Made by a program: the position numbers and the translations under genes
Source of the DNA: Phormidesmis sp.
GTDB taxonomy: Bacteria; Cyanobacteriota; Cyanobacteriia; Phormidesmidales; Phormidesmidaceae
Assembly (NCBI GenBank): GCA_049791095.1
Contig: JBAQZP010000023.1
Location: 6,796 to 70,795 of the forward strand
DNA length: 64,000 nucleotides
Reading direction: 5' to 3'
Notes under the pieces: generated by a model
The model's database searches: none
What the model saw: the letters and a program-made list of their open reading frames with translations, nothing else
Told to the model about the DNA's origin: nothing
Shown: positions 8,180-17,025 of the stretch, one piece after another
Numbering within the stretch: position 1 is the stretch's first letter
Layout: every line of letters starts with the position of its first letter

Positions 8180-10498
8180 ATGACCGACTTCACCCAATTC
8201 TTTCGACGGCGGCAGGCCAGTCAACAACCGCTGCCATTAAGTCCTGTCTCTGCAAGTGATATTCCTGAAAGTAATGTTCCTGAAAGTAATGCGCCCGCAA
8301 AGAGTGAGTGCGATCGCCCCCAGCAAGACAAACTGCGATCGCCGCTCAGGCTTATCGCCAGAGCTTTTGCAGATACCAGCATTAGCCACAAGCTAGACAT
8401 TGGCTTCGGCGTTTTAGTCGGAATGACTTTTTTAGTCGTGGGCCGCAATTACTGGGGTAGCCTGTTTGCCATTGACAGCATCCAGCAAACGCAGGCAGTC
8501 AGGCTACCGACCGTGCTCGCCTCTAGCCTGGCCCAAGAAGACCTGTTGAGAATGTCCTCTCACATTCGCGGCTACTTAATCACCCGCAAATCTTTCTATC
8601 GCAGCCGCTATCACCACTCTCGTCAGGACTTTGAGAAGCAGCTAGCGGCCATGCTGACGCTGATCGAAACCAACCATACAGATGCCGCCAACTCTGCCGA
8701 GGCTCTTCAGTTAGCCCAGCTAAAGCATCTATACGAGCAGTGGAAAACATTGCCCGAAGATTTGTTTGCGCTGAGCGATCAGCCCTTAAAAAGTCAGCCT
8801 GCTATCAAACGCTTTCAAGAAGAGCAGGCGGTTTACCTGATGGCGGTGCAGTCAAACACACAAAAAATTATCGACCTTCAAGCCGGGCGATCGCCCTCCC
8901 TCCAAACTATTCAACAGCTCAAAACGCTCACCGCTTTTCAAACCACCTTTGCCCTCATGGGCGCTTCTCTCAGGGCCTACTTGCTCACCCAGGATGCCAA
9001 CTTCAAGTTTGAATATGTCGGGCTTCGGATCGAGAACGATCAGCAGTGGAAAACCATTCAGGCCAGTAGTCAGGCCACAGAGCTAACCTTACAGCAATCG
9101 CAAATGCTCTCTACCGTTGAAGAGAACCGCCAGCAGTTTTTGGATCTTGCCCCCGAGCTATTGAGACTGACGGCAGGCGATCGCTACCGGGAAGACCTGT
9201 TTATTTTTAATACACAGGCCGAACCCCTCGCCGCAAAAATGCTGGCCTTGCTCGACGAGATTGTCAACAGTCAGCAAAAGCTGCTGTCAGACGAGCTAGC
9301 CGCTAGCCAAAAAGGGCTGGCAACCGCCCAGTGGCAAACCTTGCTCGGCAGCTTTTTAGCCCTGGCGATCGCCCTAGAACTTGCCCTATTGCTGCGTCGC
9401 AAAATTGCTGGCCCGATCGTCCGCCTCACCGCCGCCACCGCCAGCGTCATTGCCGGAGACCTCAATGCCAAAGCAACCGTCGAATCTAAAGATGAAATTG
9501 GCAAGCTGGCCCATACCTTCAACCGTATGACCGAGCATCTCAAAGCCTCGCACCAGGCGTCCGAGAGCGACAACGCAACCCTCGAAGCGCAAAAGGCCCA
9601 GCTAGAGTCTAAAAACATTCAAATTAACCTCACTTTAGAAGCGTTGCAAAACACTCAAGCGCAGCTCGTTCAAACCGAAAAAATGTCTAGCCTGGGGCAA
9701 ATGGTGGCTGGCATCGCCCACGAAATCAACAATCCGGTGAGCTTCATTCACGGCAACTTACCCCATATGCAAAGCTACACCCGCGATTTGATTGCCCTCG
9801 TCAAACTTTACCAGCAGCACCATCCTCAAACCCATCCCGACATCCTCGACAAAAGCGAGGACATCGACCTTGATTTTTTGTTAGAAGATATTCCCCGTGC
9901 GTTCGACTCTATGCAAACCGGCACCCAGCGAATCCGCGATATTGTGCTGTCTTTGCGCAACTTTTCGCGGCTAGATGAGTCAGCTATGAAATGCGCTGCT
10001 CTGGAAGAAGGATTAGACAGTACGCTGCTGATTTTACAGAACCGGCTCAGACTTCAAGCTTTTCGTCCTGCGATCGCCATCTTCAAAAACTATGGCAATT
10101 TGCCCCCGATTGAATGCTATCCAGGGCAGCTAAACCAGGTCTTTCTCAACATACTCTCCAACGCCATTGACGCCATCGACAGCGCTAGCCAGCAGCAAAA
10201 CGCCCCCAATGGCATGGACAACTGGAGTCCACAAATTAAGCTTTGCACGGCAGTTATAGACAATCAGGCGATGATTTCGATTGCCGATAATGGCAAAGGC
10301 ATCGCCCTGGACATTCAATCTCGAATTTTTGATCCTTTCTTCACCACCAAACCCATTGGTACCGGTACCGGCATGGGACTCTCGATTAGCCACAAAATTG
10401 TGGTAGAGCAGCACAAAGGCGACTTGAGCTGTGTATCGGTGCCGGACGAGGGGGCAACTTTTTATATCAGTCTGCCGCGTCAGCAAACAACGGCATAG
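8180..10498 (+). CDS. sensor histidine kinase (CHASE3-like periplasmic region, HAMP, HisKA, HATPase_c)
   Basis: TM helix, then a CHASE3-like segment (RMSSHIRGYLITRKSFYRSRY), a second TM helix and HAMP (IAGPIVRLT...DEIGKLAHTFNRM). A coiled coil follows, then the H-box MVAGIAHEINNP and the N/G1/G2 boxes (NAIDAI, DNGKGI, GTGTGMGLSIS). Confidence 0.9.
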   Translation: MTDFTQFFRRRQASQQPLPLSPVSASDIPESNVPESNAPAKSECDRPQQDKLRSPLRLIARAFADTSISHKLDIGFGVLVGMTFLVVGRNYWGSLFAIDSIQQTQAVRLPTVLASSLAQEDLLRMSSHIRGYLITRKSFYRSRYHHSRQDFEKQLAAMLTLIETNHTDAANSAEALQLAQLKHLYEQWKTLPEDLFALSDQPLKSQPAIKRFQEEQAVYLMAVQSNTQKIIDLQAGRSPSLQTIQQLKTLTAFQTTFALMGASLRAYLLTQDANFKFEYVGLRIENDQQWKTIQASSQATELTLQQSQMLSTVEENRQQFLDLAPELLRLTAGDRYREDLFIFNTQAEPLAAKMLALLDEIVNSQQKLLSDELAASQKGLATAQWQTLLGSFLALAIALELALLLRRKIAGPIVRLTAATASVIAGDLNAKATVESKDEIGKLAHTFNRMTEHLKASHQASESDNATLEAQKAQLESKNIQINLTLEALQNTQAQLVQTEKMSSLGQMVAGIAHEINNPVSFIHGNLPHMQSYTRDLIALVKLYQQHHPQTHPDILDKSEDIDLDFLLEDIPRAFDSMQTGTQRIRDIVLSLRNFSRLDESAMKCAALEEGLDSTLLILQNRLRLQAFRPAIAIFKNYGNLPPIECYPGQLNQVFLNILSNAIDAIDSASQQQNAPNGMDNWSPQIKLCTAVIDNQAMISIADNGKGIALDIQSRIFDPFFTTKPIGTGTGMGLSISHKIVVEQHKGDLSCVSVPDEGATFYISLPRQQTTA

Positions 10499-10559
10499 GT
10501 TGAGCGATAGAGTACTTTGGAAAGTCCTTTTTGAAGTGCTGACGTCAGTACCGATCGCT

Positions 10560-13088
10560 ATGGATGCCGCTCATGTGCAATGGTTACAGGCCCATACTAT
10601 CTTTCGCGATTTGCCGCTGAGGCTGGTAGAGGCGATCGCACCCTGCCTCAGCGAAATTCACTTTGAAGCCAACCGCCGCCTGGTGCTAGAAGACACCGCG
10701 CCCGACGCGCTCTACATCCTCAAATCGGGCCAGTTAGAGAGCTACCGCACTCGCCGCGCCAGTGCTGCCAAAGTCACGCTGTTAGAGTCTGGCGCAGTCA
10801 TTCATTTGCAAGAATTGCTGCTAGATAGTGACGCCACCCAAACGGTCGTTTCTCTCACGGACTGCGAAATTTGGCGGCTAGAAAAAACCAGATTTCAGCA
10901 GCTCGCTGAAGAATTCCCGGCGCTAAACCAAGAGCTTTCCAAGCTTCTGGCCAGCGCCCTAGAAGAAGCCTCTGACCAGTTGGCCTACGAGCAAGAGCGG
11001 CAGCAGGCATTGCGTCCCTATTTGGTCACCCGTGTACAACGCGGCGTCGTGGGCAGCAGTCGCTATGCCGTGCGCCTGCGCAAAAGTATTCGTACCGCGA
11101 CTAGTTCGCAGCCTAAAGACGGGCGGCGAGCACCGCTGCTGATATTTGGCGAGCCGGGGCTAGAAAAAGATAATTTGGCGGCGCTGATTCATTTTGGCTC
11201 TAGCAATAAGGCTGCGCCGATGATTCGGGTGAATTGCGATGGGGTGCGATCGCAAGATCTTTTCGGCAAAGGCGACAGCCAACCCGGCCTCCTAGACTGG
11301 CTACAGTCCGGCACCCTTTTGCTCAACAACATTCAAGACCTGGATGAATCACTCAAAGCGCCGATTGTGCAGCTTGTGCAAACCGGACAGTATCAGCCCA
11401 TTAGCCGTGAAGGTGAAGCGCCGCCCCTGCGCAAATCGAACGCCTGGATACTGATGGTTTCTGAAAAAGCCATGCCCGAGTTCACCCGCTGCGCCGCCCA
11501 ACAGATCAAAGTTCCGCCGCTGCGCGTTCGTAAAGCCGATATTGAAGCGGAGGTCACCTACTTTGCTCAGCTCTTATGCCGCAAGCAAAAGATTCGCAAA
11601 CGAAAGCTTGCCCCTGAAGCGCTGCGGCGGCTGCAAAGCTACGACTTTCCTGGCAACCTGACTGAGCTGGAGAATATGGTGGAGCGGGCCGTCAGTCAGT
11701 CGGGCGATCGCCCCGTCCTGACCGAAGAAGTCTTTTGGGCCGAAGAAAAACAAAGTCGCCGCTTTCGCTTTAACTTGCTCAAGGGCTATCCCAAACTGCG
11801 AGCGTTTTTACTCAGCCCCTGGTGGCCCGATCGCATCAACTATGGCTTCACGCTGTGGTTCTATCCCATCGTCGTCGCGGTGCTGATGTGGGGGCCACAA
11901 ACGAGAGATCAAAACTTTGCGCTCAACTTCTTTTGGGCCTGGTGGTGGCCGCTAATTCTGATTGGCTTTCCCTTTGTGGGGCGGCTGTGGTGCGCGGTTT
12001 GTCCTTTCATGATTTACGGCGAGGTGGCGCAATTTCTCTCGCTCAAAGTTTGGCCGCGTCAGCTTCAGGGCTGGCCAAGGCAGTGGGCAGAGCGCTGGGG
12101 CGGCTGGCTTCTCTACGGCGGCTTTGCCCTAATTTTGCTGTGGGAAGAGCTTTGGAATTTAGAAAATACGGCCTATCTGTCTGGCTGGCTGCTGATCATC
12201 ATTACGGCGGGCGCGGTGATTTGTTCTGTTCTATTCGAGCGCCGCTTTTGGTGCCGGTATCTGTGTCCGATTGGTGGCATGAACGGCCTATTTGCCAAAC
12301 TTTCGATGGTGGAGCTGCGAGCCCAACAGGGCATTTGTTCGGCGACCTGCACGACTTACCACTGCTATAAAGGTGGCCCTGCCGAAGGGGAGGGACAACA
12401 GACGAATGGTTGCCCGGTATATTCTCATCCGGCGCAACTGACGGACAATCGCAACTGCGTACTGTGCATGACCTGCCTGAAAGCTTGCCCGCATCAGTCT
12501 GTTGCTTTAAATCTGCGACCGCCGGGCATAGGGCTGTGGACTGCTCATAGCGCTACCGGGTACGAGGTGGCTCTGCTATTGCTATTGCTAGGGGCGGTAT
12601 TTTTGCACCGACTGCCGCAGCTAACAACGTTGTTTTTGGGCGATAGCCGGATTTTGGAAAGTTGGGGAGGTCATGCGATCGCCTCCCTCATAGCCCTATT
12701 TCTGCCGGGTGCGATCGCCCTGATCATCAACCCAATCCGCACCCAACTTCAGGGCACTGGCTCTAATCGCACCTTTTTAGAGCTGGCCTACGGCTATCTT
12801 CCCCTCGTTCTATTTGCCAGCCTGGCCCACTACCTTTTATTGGGATTATCCGAAGCGGGACAAATTATCCCCGTATTCCAGTCAACCTGGGGTCTGAGCA
12901 CCACTGGCTACAGCGCCACTGCTCATCCAGCCGTGATTGCCTTCCTTCAGGGAACTGCTCTGATTTTTGGCGCTTTCCTCAGCATTGTGTTGACCCAAAA
13001 AATTGGCCGTCAGTCGTGGCTCAAGCTGATTCCACAGCATGGCGTTACGCTGGGATTCACGCTGCTCCTGTGGCAGCTAATCCTGTAA
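10560..13088 (+). CDS. multidomain protein: cNMP-binding domain + degenerate sigma54-type AAA+ domain + NapH-like 4Fe-4S polyferredoxin membrane domain
   Basis: ATG 10560 (MDAAHVQWLQ) was chosen because the tracked start at 10431 overlaps the kinase. CAP_ED-like N-terminus (FRDLP...LYILKSGQLE). Sigma54-interaction-like core: GEPGLEKDNLAALIH, GTLLLNNIQDL, PPLRVRKADIE, YDFPGNLTELENMVERAV. Multi-TM C-terminus with RLWCAVCPF, RRFWCRYLCPIGG and CVLCMTCLKACP. Confidence 0.8.
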   Translation: MDAAHVQWLQAHTIFRDLPLRLVEAIAPCLSEIHFEANRRLVLEDTAPDALYILKSGQLESYRTRRASAAKVTLLESGAVIHLQELLLDSDATQTVVSLTDCEIWRLEKTRFQQLAEEFPALNQELSKLLASALEEASDQLAYEQERQQALRPYLVTRVQRGVVGSSRYAVRLRKSIRTATSSQPKDGRRAPLLIFGEPGLEKDNLAALIHFGSSNKAAPMIRVNCDGVRSQDLFGKGDSQPGLLDWLQSGTLLLNNIQDLDESLKAPIVQLVQTGQYQPISREGEAPPLRKSNAWILMVSEKAMPEFTRCAAQQIKVPPLRVRKADIEAEVTYFAQLLCRKQKIRKRKLAPEALRRLQSYDFPGNLTELENMVERAVSQSGDRPVLTEEVFWAEEKQSRRFRFNLLKGYPKLRAFLLSPWWPDRINYGFTLWFYPIVVAVLMWGPQTRDQNFALNFFWAWWWPLILIGFPFVGRLWCAVCPFMIYGEVAQFLSLKVWPRQLQGWPRQWAERWGGWLLYGGFALILLWEELWNLENTAYLSGWLLIIITAGAVICSVLFERRFWCRYLCPIGGMNGLFAKLSMVELRAQQGICSATCTTYHCYKGGPAEGEGQQTNGCPVYSHPAQLTDNRNCVLCMTCLKACPHQSVALNLRPPGIGLWTAHSATGYEVALLLLLLGAVFLHRLPQLTTLFLGDSRILESWGGHAIASLIALFLPGAIALIINPIRTQLQGTGSNRTFLELAYGYLPLVLFASLAHYLLLGLSEAGQIIPVFQSTWGLSTTGYSATAHPAVIAFLQGTALIFGAFLSIVLTQKIGRQSWLKLIPQHGVTLGFTLLLWQLIL

Positions 13089-14237
13089 AGTCTGATGTCG
13101 CAGAGCTTTATTCGTTCGCAGCCATTCACACACTTGCTGGGCCGTCGCGGGCGCGAGCAGCACCCCGTTGCGGTAGTGGCCAGTGGCCAATATTACATTT
13201 TCTGTGTCGCCTAAAGGTTTGATCACCGGGGCCGGTTGTCCTACGGGGCGAGGCCGCAGACCGCTCCAGGTTTTGATGACTTTGGCCTGGGCGATCGCCC
13301 CCACAAACCCCTCAGCCCCCCGCCGCAAATTCGCTAAGCCCTCAGCCTCAGCCCACTCGGTTTCCAAAAGCTGGGCTGAGCCGGAGTCTGGAAACTCTAC
13401 CGTTGCCCCGACCCAATAGCGCCCTTTGCCCAGTGGCACAAACTGAATATCATCCCCATTGATGACTGGCTGAAAGGCGCGATCGCCCAAAACCTCCGGC
13501 AGCTCAATCTCCTTTGCCTGACCCAACACCGGCATCAGTTCTAACGGCTCACTGGTCACTTCACTCAGCGCCGCCGACCCCAAGCCTGCCGACAGCACCA
13601 CCCAATCCGCCTCGAAACGGCCCGAATCTGTCTGAATCGCAACGCAACGCGATCGCTCCATCTCTAGCGCCGTCACTTCAGTCTGGTCGTGAAAGGTCGC
13701 GCCCCGTGCTTGAGCAGCCGCGACTAGGGCATGGGTAAGCGCCGCCGGATGCACTTGGCCATCTGCGGGTGAATAGATAGCGGCTTCGACAGAACGCGCT
13801 AGTTCATCTGAGCGATTGATCAAAGCAATATGCGGACATCGCGCCTGCAATTCCTCAGGGCTCCAAATTTCCAGCGGCCAGCCTTGACTTTGCCGCTTTT
13901 CTTTGAGGGTTTCCCAGCGCGGCAGCTTGCTTTCATCAAAGCACAAGCTCACGATTCCTTGATGGTTAAAAGGAACACGATAGCCTTGCTTGGCAAGCTC
14001 GGCAATCAGCGTCGGGTAGCGGCGAATGCTGGCTTCCCTCAGCCGCCAGGTGCGGCCTTTTACTTTGCCACTAATCACGCCCATCAGTACGCCTAGCGCT
14101 GCGCCAGTAGCACCTTGCGCTGGCGGTTGCCGGTCGAGCACAACAATATTTGCACTGGTTTGACGGCTCAGTTCGTAGGCAATCATTGCGCCAACAACAC
14201 CGCAGCCGACAACGACAATTTTAGAAATAGCCATCAT
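13077..14237 (-). CDS. FAD-dependent oxidoreductase (DAO/glycine oxidase-like)
   Basis: N-terminal IVVVGCGVVGAMIAYEL dinucleotide-binding motif, 386 aa, and a C-terminal ATGHYRNGVLLAP typical of the DAO family. Confidence 0.8.
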   Translation of the reverse strand: MMAISKIVVVGCGVVGAMIAYELSRQTSANIVVLDRQPPAQGATGAALGVLMGVISGKVKGRTWRLREASIRRYPTLIAELAKQGYRVPFNHQGIVSLCFDESKLPRWETLKEKRQSQGWPLEIWSPEELQARCPHIALINRSDELARSVEAAIYSPADGQVHPAALTHALVAAAQARGATFHDQTEVTALEMERSRCVAIQTDSGRFEADWVVLSAGLGSAALSEVTSEPLELMPVLGQAKEIELPEVLGDRAFQPVINGDDIQFVPLGKGRYWVGATVEFPDSGSAQLLETEWAEAEGLANLRRGAEGFVGAIAQAKVIKTWSGLRPRPVGQPAPVIKPLGDTENVILATGHYRNGVLLAPATAQQVCEWLRTNKALRHQTLQD

Positions 14238-14242
14238 TTAGA

Positions 14243-14281
14243 AATAAAAAAAGAGCAGAGAACGCATGAACATTCTCTGCT
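14243..14281 (-). terminator. intrinsic terminator downstream of psbQ
   Basis: 9-bp stem AGCAGAGAA (14254-14262) / TTCTCTGCT (14273-14281) with a 10-nt loop. On the minus strand it is followed by a run of 7 T (complement of 14247-14253). Confidence 0.7.
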
Positions 14282-14326
14282 TTAAATCAAAAGTTTAGAA
14301 AAATTAGCGGTCGAAACCGTTGCTGC

Positions 14327-15022
14327 TTACTCTTTTGAACCTTCTGCTTTTTGTAAACTGTCTACAGCACTACCTGCATTATTAGATTCTTTTAGCTTGG
14401 CGGGCGCGCTTTTGATTTTGTCGGCTTTCTTTTGAAGTTTTTCAGAGCCACCATCCATTAGAACCGCATCACGTACGACAGATTCGGGCTCAGCGCGAGT
14501 CTCTTCTTCCTCAGGGAAAGACGTCACCATTTCGTAAGTGCTGGGTAAATCTTCTTCAATCGCTTCTGCTTGCTTGCGAGTCTCTTCGGGAACAACGCCT
14601 AGCAATGCATCAAAGTCGGCAACGAACTCGCGGTACTGGAAAATAGCGTTGTTATAGTTGCGTTCTTGCGATGCCGCATCGATCTTTTGCAAGTGATCGG
14701 AAAGTTCTTCAGCCAGTATTTTTGCTTTCTTTTGGTCGTCGGGTAAAAGCTGATTGCTGAGACGCACCATTTCAGAGCGAAGCTGGCCCAACGGCCCGTG
14801 GGTAAAGTTGTCTACGTTGACCCAGTTGTCTTTTTCGATGTAGCGTTCTAGCTCGGGCAGGCGATCGCGCGTTTGCTCAATCCGGGCCACATAGGTTTGC
14901 AATTGAGAAATTTTTTCGGGGGTGTAGGTCGGGGCTACAGCCGCAGGGCCACCGCTACAGCTTACTAAGAAAGTTGCGATCGCAGCCAGCAAAACGCCGA
15001 CCACTGCTCGATAATGTCTCAT
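14327..15022 (-). CDS. psbQ: photosystem II lipoprotein CyanoQ (PsbQ) with C-terminal extension
   Basis: Lipobox LVSCSG. The four-helix PsbQ-like core includes W.NV.NFTHGPLGQLRSEM...IDAASQERNYNNAIFQYREFVADFDA. An extra C-terminal tail of about 80 aa, rich in acidic residues and Lys, follows. Confidence 0.7.
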   Translation of the reverse strand: MRHYRAVVGVLLAAIATFLVSCSGGPAAVAPTYTPEKISQLQTYVARIEQTRDRLPELERYIEKDNWVNVDNFTHGPLGQLRSEMVRLSNQLLPDDQKKAKILAEELSDHLQKIDAASQERNYNNAIFQYREFVADFDALLGVVPEETRKQAEAIEEDLPSTYEMVTSFPEEEETRAEPESVVRDAVLMDGGSEKLQKKADKIKSAPAKLKESNNAGSAVDSLQKAEGSKE

Positions 15023-15125
15023 GGAAAAACCTCGTTATCTACAGATTGCGTCCTCTAGTGTAAATCACCAACGCACCTGCCACCAAAGGTCTACAGGCAG
15101 AGTCTGCCAAGATACAAACACTGCA

Positions 15126-16223
15126 TTAGCGCCACAGGACATCTGCCATTCGACAGACATCGCGCATTTGCGGGCCGTCGTGGATGCGGATAATGTCTGC
15201 GCCGTGGGCGATCGCACAGTCCACTGTCGCCGCCGTGCCCCACGCCCGCGCCTTCGCCTCCGACTGGTTCAGCAGTTTGCCAATAAAGCTTTTCCGCGAG
15301 GTACCCACCAAAATCGGGCAGTTCATCGGCTTCAGCTTCTCTAGCTCTCGCAGAATCGTAATATTTTGGGCCACGGTTTTGGCAAAGCCAATCCCCGGAT
15401 CGATCGCAATCTTTTGCGGGTCTACTCCTGCTGCCACCGCCCGATCTGCTTGCGCGGCCAAAAAACTGACAATTTCGCCCATCAAGTCGTCATAGTCTGT
15501 CATTTGCTGCATGGTCTCTGGGGTGCCGCGCAGGTGCATCAGGATGATGGGCTTGTCGAACTCGGCAGCGGTTTTGAAAATGTCAGACTCGTACGTGCCG
15601 CCGGAGATATCGTTGATGATGTCTGCACCGGCTGCGATGGCGGCACGGGCGACTTCGGCACGGGTGGTGTCGATGGAGATCGGGATGTCTCTCAGCCAGT
15701 CATGAGCGGCGGCGCGGATGGCTTTGATGAGGGGGACGGTGCGATCGCCCTCTTCCGCCACCGAAATCTGCCGCGATCCGGGCCGGGTAGACTGCCCGCC
15801 AATATCGAGAATGTCCACCTCAGCTTCGACCAGCGCCTGAGCCTGAGCCAGCGCCGCATCCACCGTATCAAATTCGCCGCCATCGCTAAAGCTATCGGGC
15901 GTCACATTCAGCACGCCCATTATGTAAGTGCGGCTGCCCCAGTCAAAGCGATGGTCTCGAATTTGCCAGGGCTGCCTGTTTGGACTTGCGGCCTGACCTT
16001 CAGCAATGAACAAGCGAGCCAGGCGATCGTAGGTGCCAGGGCCAAGATACTCAGGATGCTTCCGCCCCCGGCCAAACACCCACACCGGCCTGCCGTCTTC
16101 TAAAATACGAATATCTTTGAACCAGCTTTTGAGCGACGGCCTCAAAGAATTTGCCTTTTCTAGCGCATCTGTCCACCGTTCAAAGTCTTGCTCAAACCCA
16201 GGCGTCACAATTTTAAAAGTCAT
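15126..16223 (-). CDS. folP: dihydropteroate synthase with N-terminal extension of about 85 aa
   Basis: IMGVLNVTPDSFSDGG, DILDIGGQSTRPG, ISIDT, INDISGG, DPGIGFAK and VGTSRKSF motifs. The extension MTFKIVTPGFEQDF...RLARLF precedes the usual DHPS start. Confidence 0.9.
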   Translation of the reverse strand: MTFKIVTPGFEQDFERWTDALEKANSLRPSLKSWFKDIRILEDGRPVWVFGRGRKHPEYLGPGTYDRLARLFIAEGQAASPNRQPWQIRDHRFDWGSRTYIMGVLNVTPDSFSDGGEFDTVDAALAQAQALVEAEVDILDIGGQSTRPGSRQISVAEEGDRTVPLIKAIRAAAHDWLRDIPISIDTTRAEVARAAIAAGADIINDISGGTYESDIFKTAAEFDKPIILMHLRGTPETMQQMTDYDDLMGEIVSFLAAQADRAVAAGVDPQKIAIDPGIGFAKTVAQNITILRELEKLKPMNCPILVGTSRKSFIGKLLNQSEAKARAWGTAATVDCAIAHGADIIRIHDGPQMRDVCRMADVLWR

Positions 16224-17025
16224 GGATCTCGCTCAAGTCGCACCATCAGACGCCTTTATTAAAACACCTATTTACACACCGCCCCAGGCTGCCAAAGCGG
16301 CAAAGCGCATTTTGGTGAAGCCTAATTTGGGCTATCCGGTCGGCCCCCCCGTCACTGTCAGCATGGCAGTTTTGAGTCAAGTCTTGCAAGGGCTCCGAGC
16401 GGCCAACGCCACTGCTGAAATTTTGATTGTAGAGGGCGTGTGCTCGAAGCAATCTCTGGCCGAAATTGCTGAGAAAAATGGTTTGAATCTTTTGCTGACT
16501 GAAGGCGTTTGTTTACTGAATGCCGATGAGTTGGACTGCGTAGAGTATCCGAATCTGTCGCCTGAGCCTGCGCGATTCAAAACGATGTGGGCACCCAAGC
16601 TGCTACAAGAAGTGGACTGTCGCATTTCTGTTGGCGCGTTCAAAAAAACGCATTTGAAAGGTCAGCCGCTCATTTCTGCCTCACTGAAAAATCTCTACGG
16701 CCTTTTTCCTCGGGCAAAGTACAAAGCCCGCAGTCCAAACTCTCGCGGTCAGCTACATCGGCCTTCGGTGCCGCTGGTGTTGCAGGATGTTTATTTCACG
16801 ATTGGGCAGTTGTTTGATGGGGGAGTGGTGGACTGTACGAGTAAGTTTGTGAGCGCGGATTGGAAGCCGGATAAGGGTAAAAGTGTGGCGGTGGGGCGGG
16901 TGATTTGGGGAGATGATTTGCTGAAGGTAGATCGACAAGCTTGCGAGGTGGGCGGGGAAGTGGCGGCAGATTATCTTTTGCCGATTGAGGATCTGCGCGG
17001 TGCCCTGTCGGCTGAGCTACGTTGA
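16222..17025 (+). CDS. DUF362 domain-containing protein
   Basis: Start moved to ATG 16222 (MDLAQV). ILVKPNLGYP...VTVSMAVL and FKKTHLKGQPLISASLKNLYGLFP match my memory of the DUF362 pattern (vliKPNl ... KtH....t.slKNlfG). Confidence 0.6.
   Translation: MDLAQVAPSDAFIKTPIYTPPQAAKAAKRILVKPNLGYPVGPPVTVSMAVLSQVLQGLRAANATAEILIVEGVCSKQSLAEIAEKNGLNLLLTEGVCLLNADELDCVEYPNLSPEPARFKTMWAPKLLQEVDCRISVGAFKKTHLKGQPLISASLKNLYGLFPRAKYKARSPNSRGQLHRPSVPLVLQDVYFTIGQLFDGGVVDCTSKFVSADWKPDKGKSVAVGRVIWGDDLLKVDRQACEVGGEVAADYLLPIEDLRGALSAELR

Noticed and set aside
10431-10559. Upstream start codons offered by the ORF track: 10431 for the cNMP fusion, 16033 for DUF362, 5185 for the SDR, 43389 for glyS, 48649 for the PRC paralog and 63502 for the SixA-like gene.
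   Set aside because: These extensions overlap neighbouring genes or encode non-protein-like sequence. Internal ATGs reproduce canonical or paralog-consistent N-termini, some with a Shine-Dalgarno sequence.
13077-13088. Convergent 3'-end overlaps (12 nt at 13077-13088; 6 nt at 39751-39756) as a possible regulatory feature.
   Set aside because: Short tail-to-tail overlaps are common in compact bacterial genomes, and nothing else is distinctive here.
15366-16103. Long ORFs antisense to confident genes. Examples: 15366-16103 (245 aa, opposite folP), 6924-7406, 23974-24507, 24769-25386, 30838-31323, 37487-37978, 38407-38988, 44353-44796, 54087-54554, 57351-57884.
   Set aside because: Each lies wholly inside a well-supported gene on the other strand and has R/S/P/A-rich or low-complexity composition. 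These are typical shadow ORFs of moderately GC-rich coding DNA.
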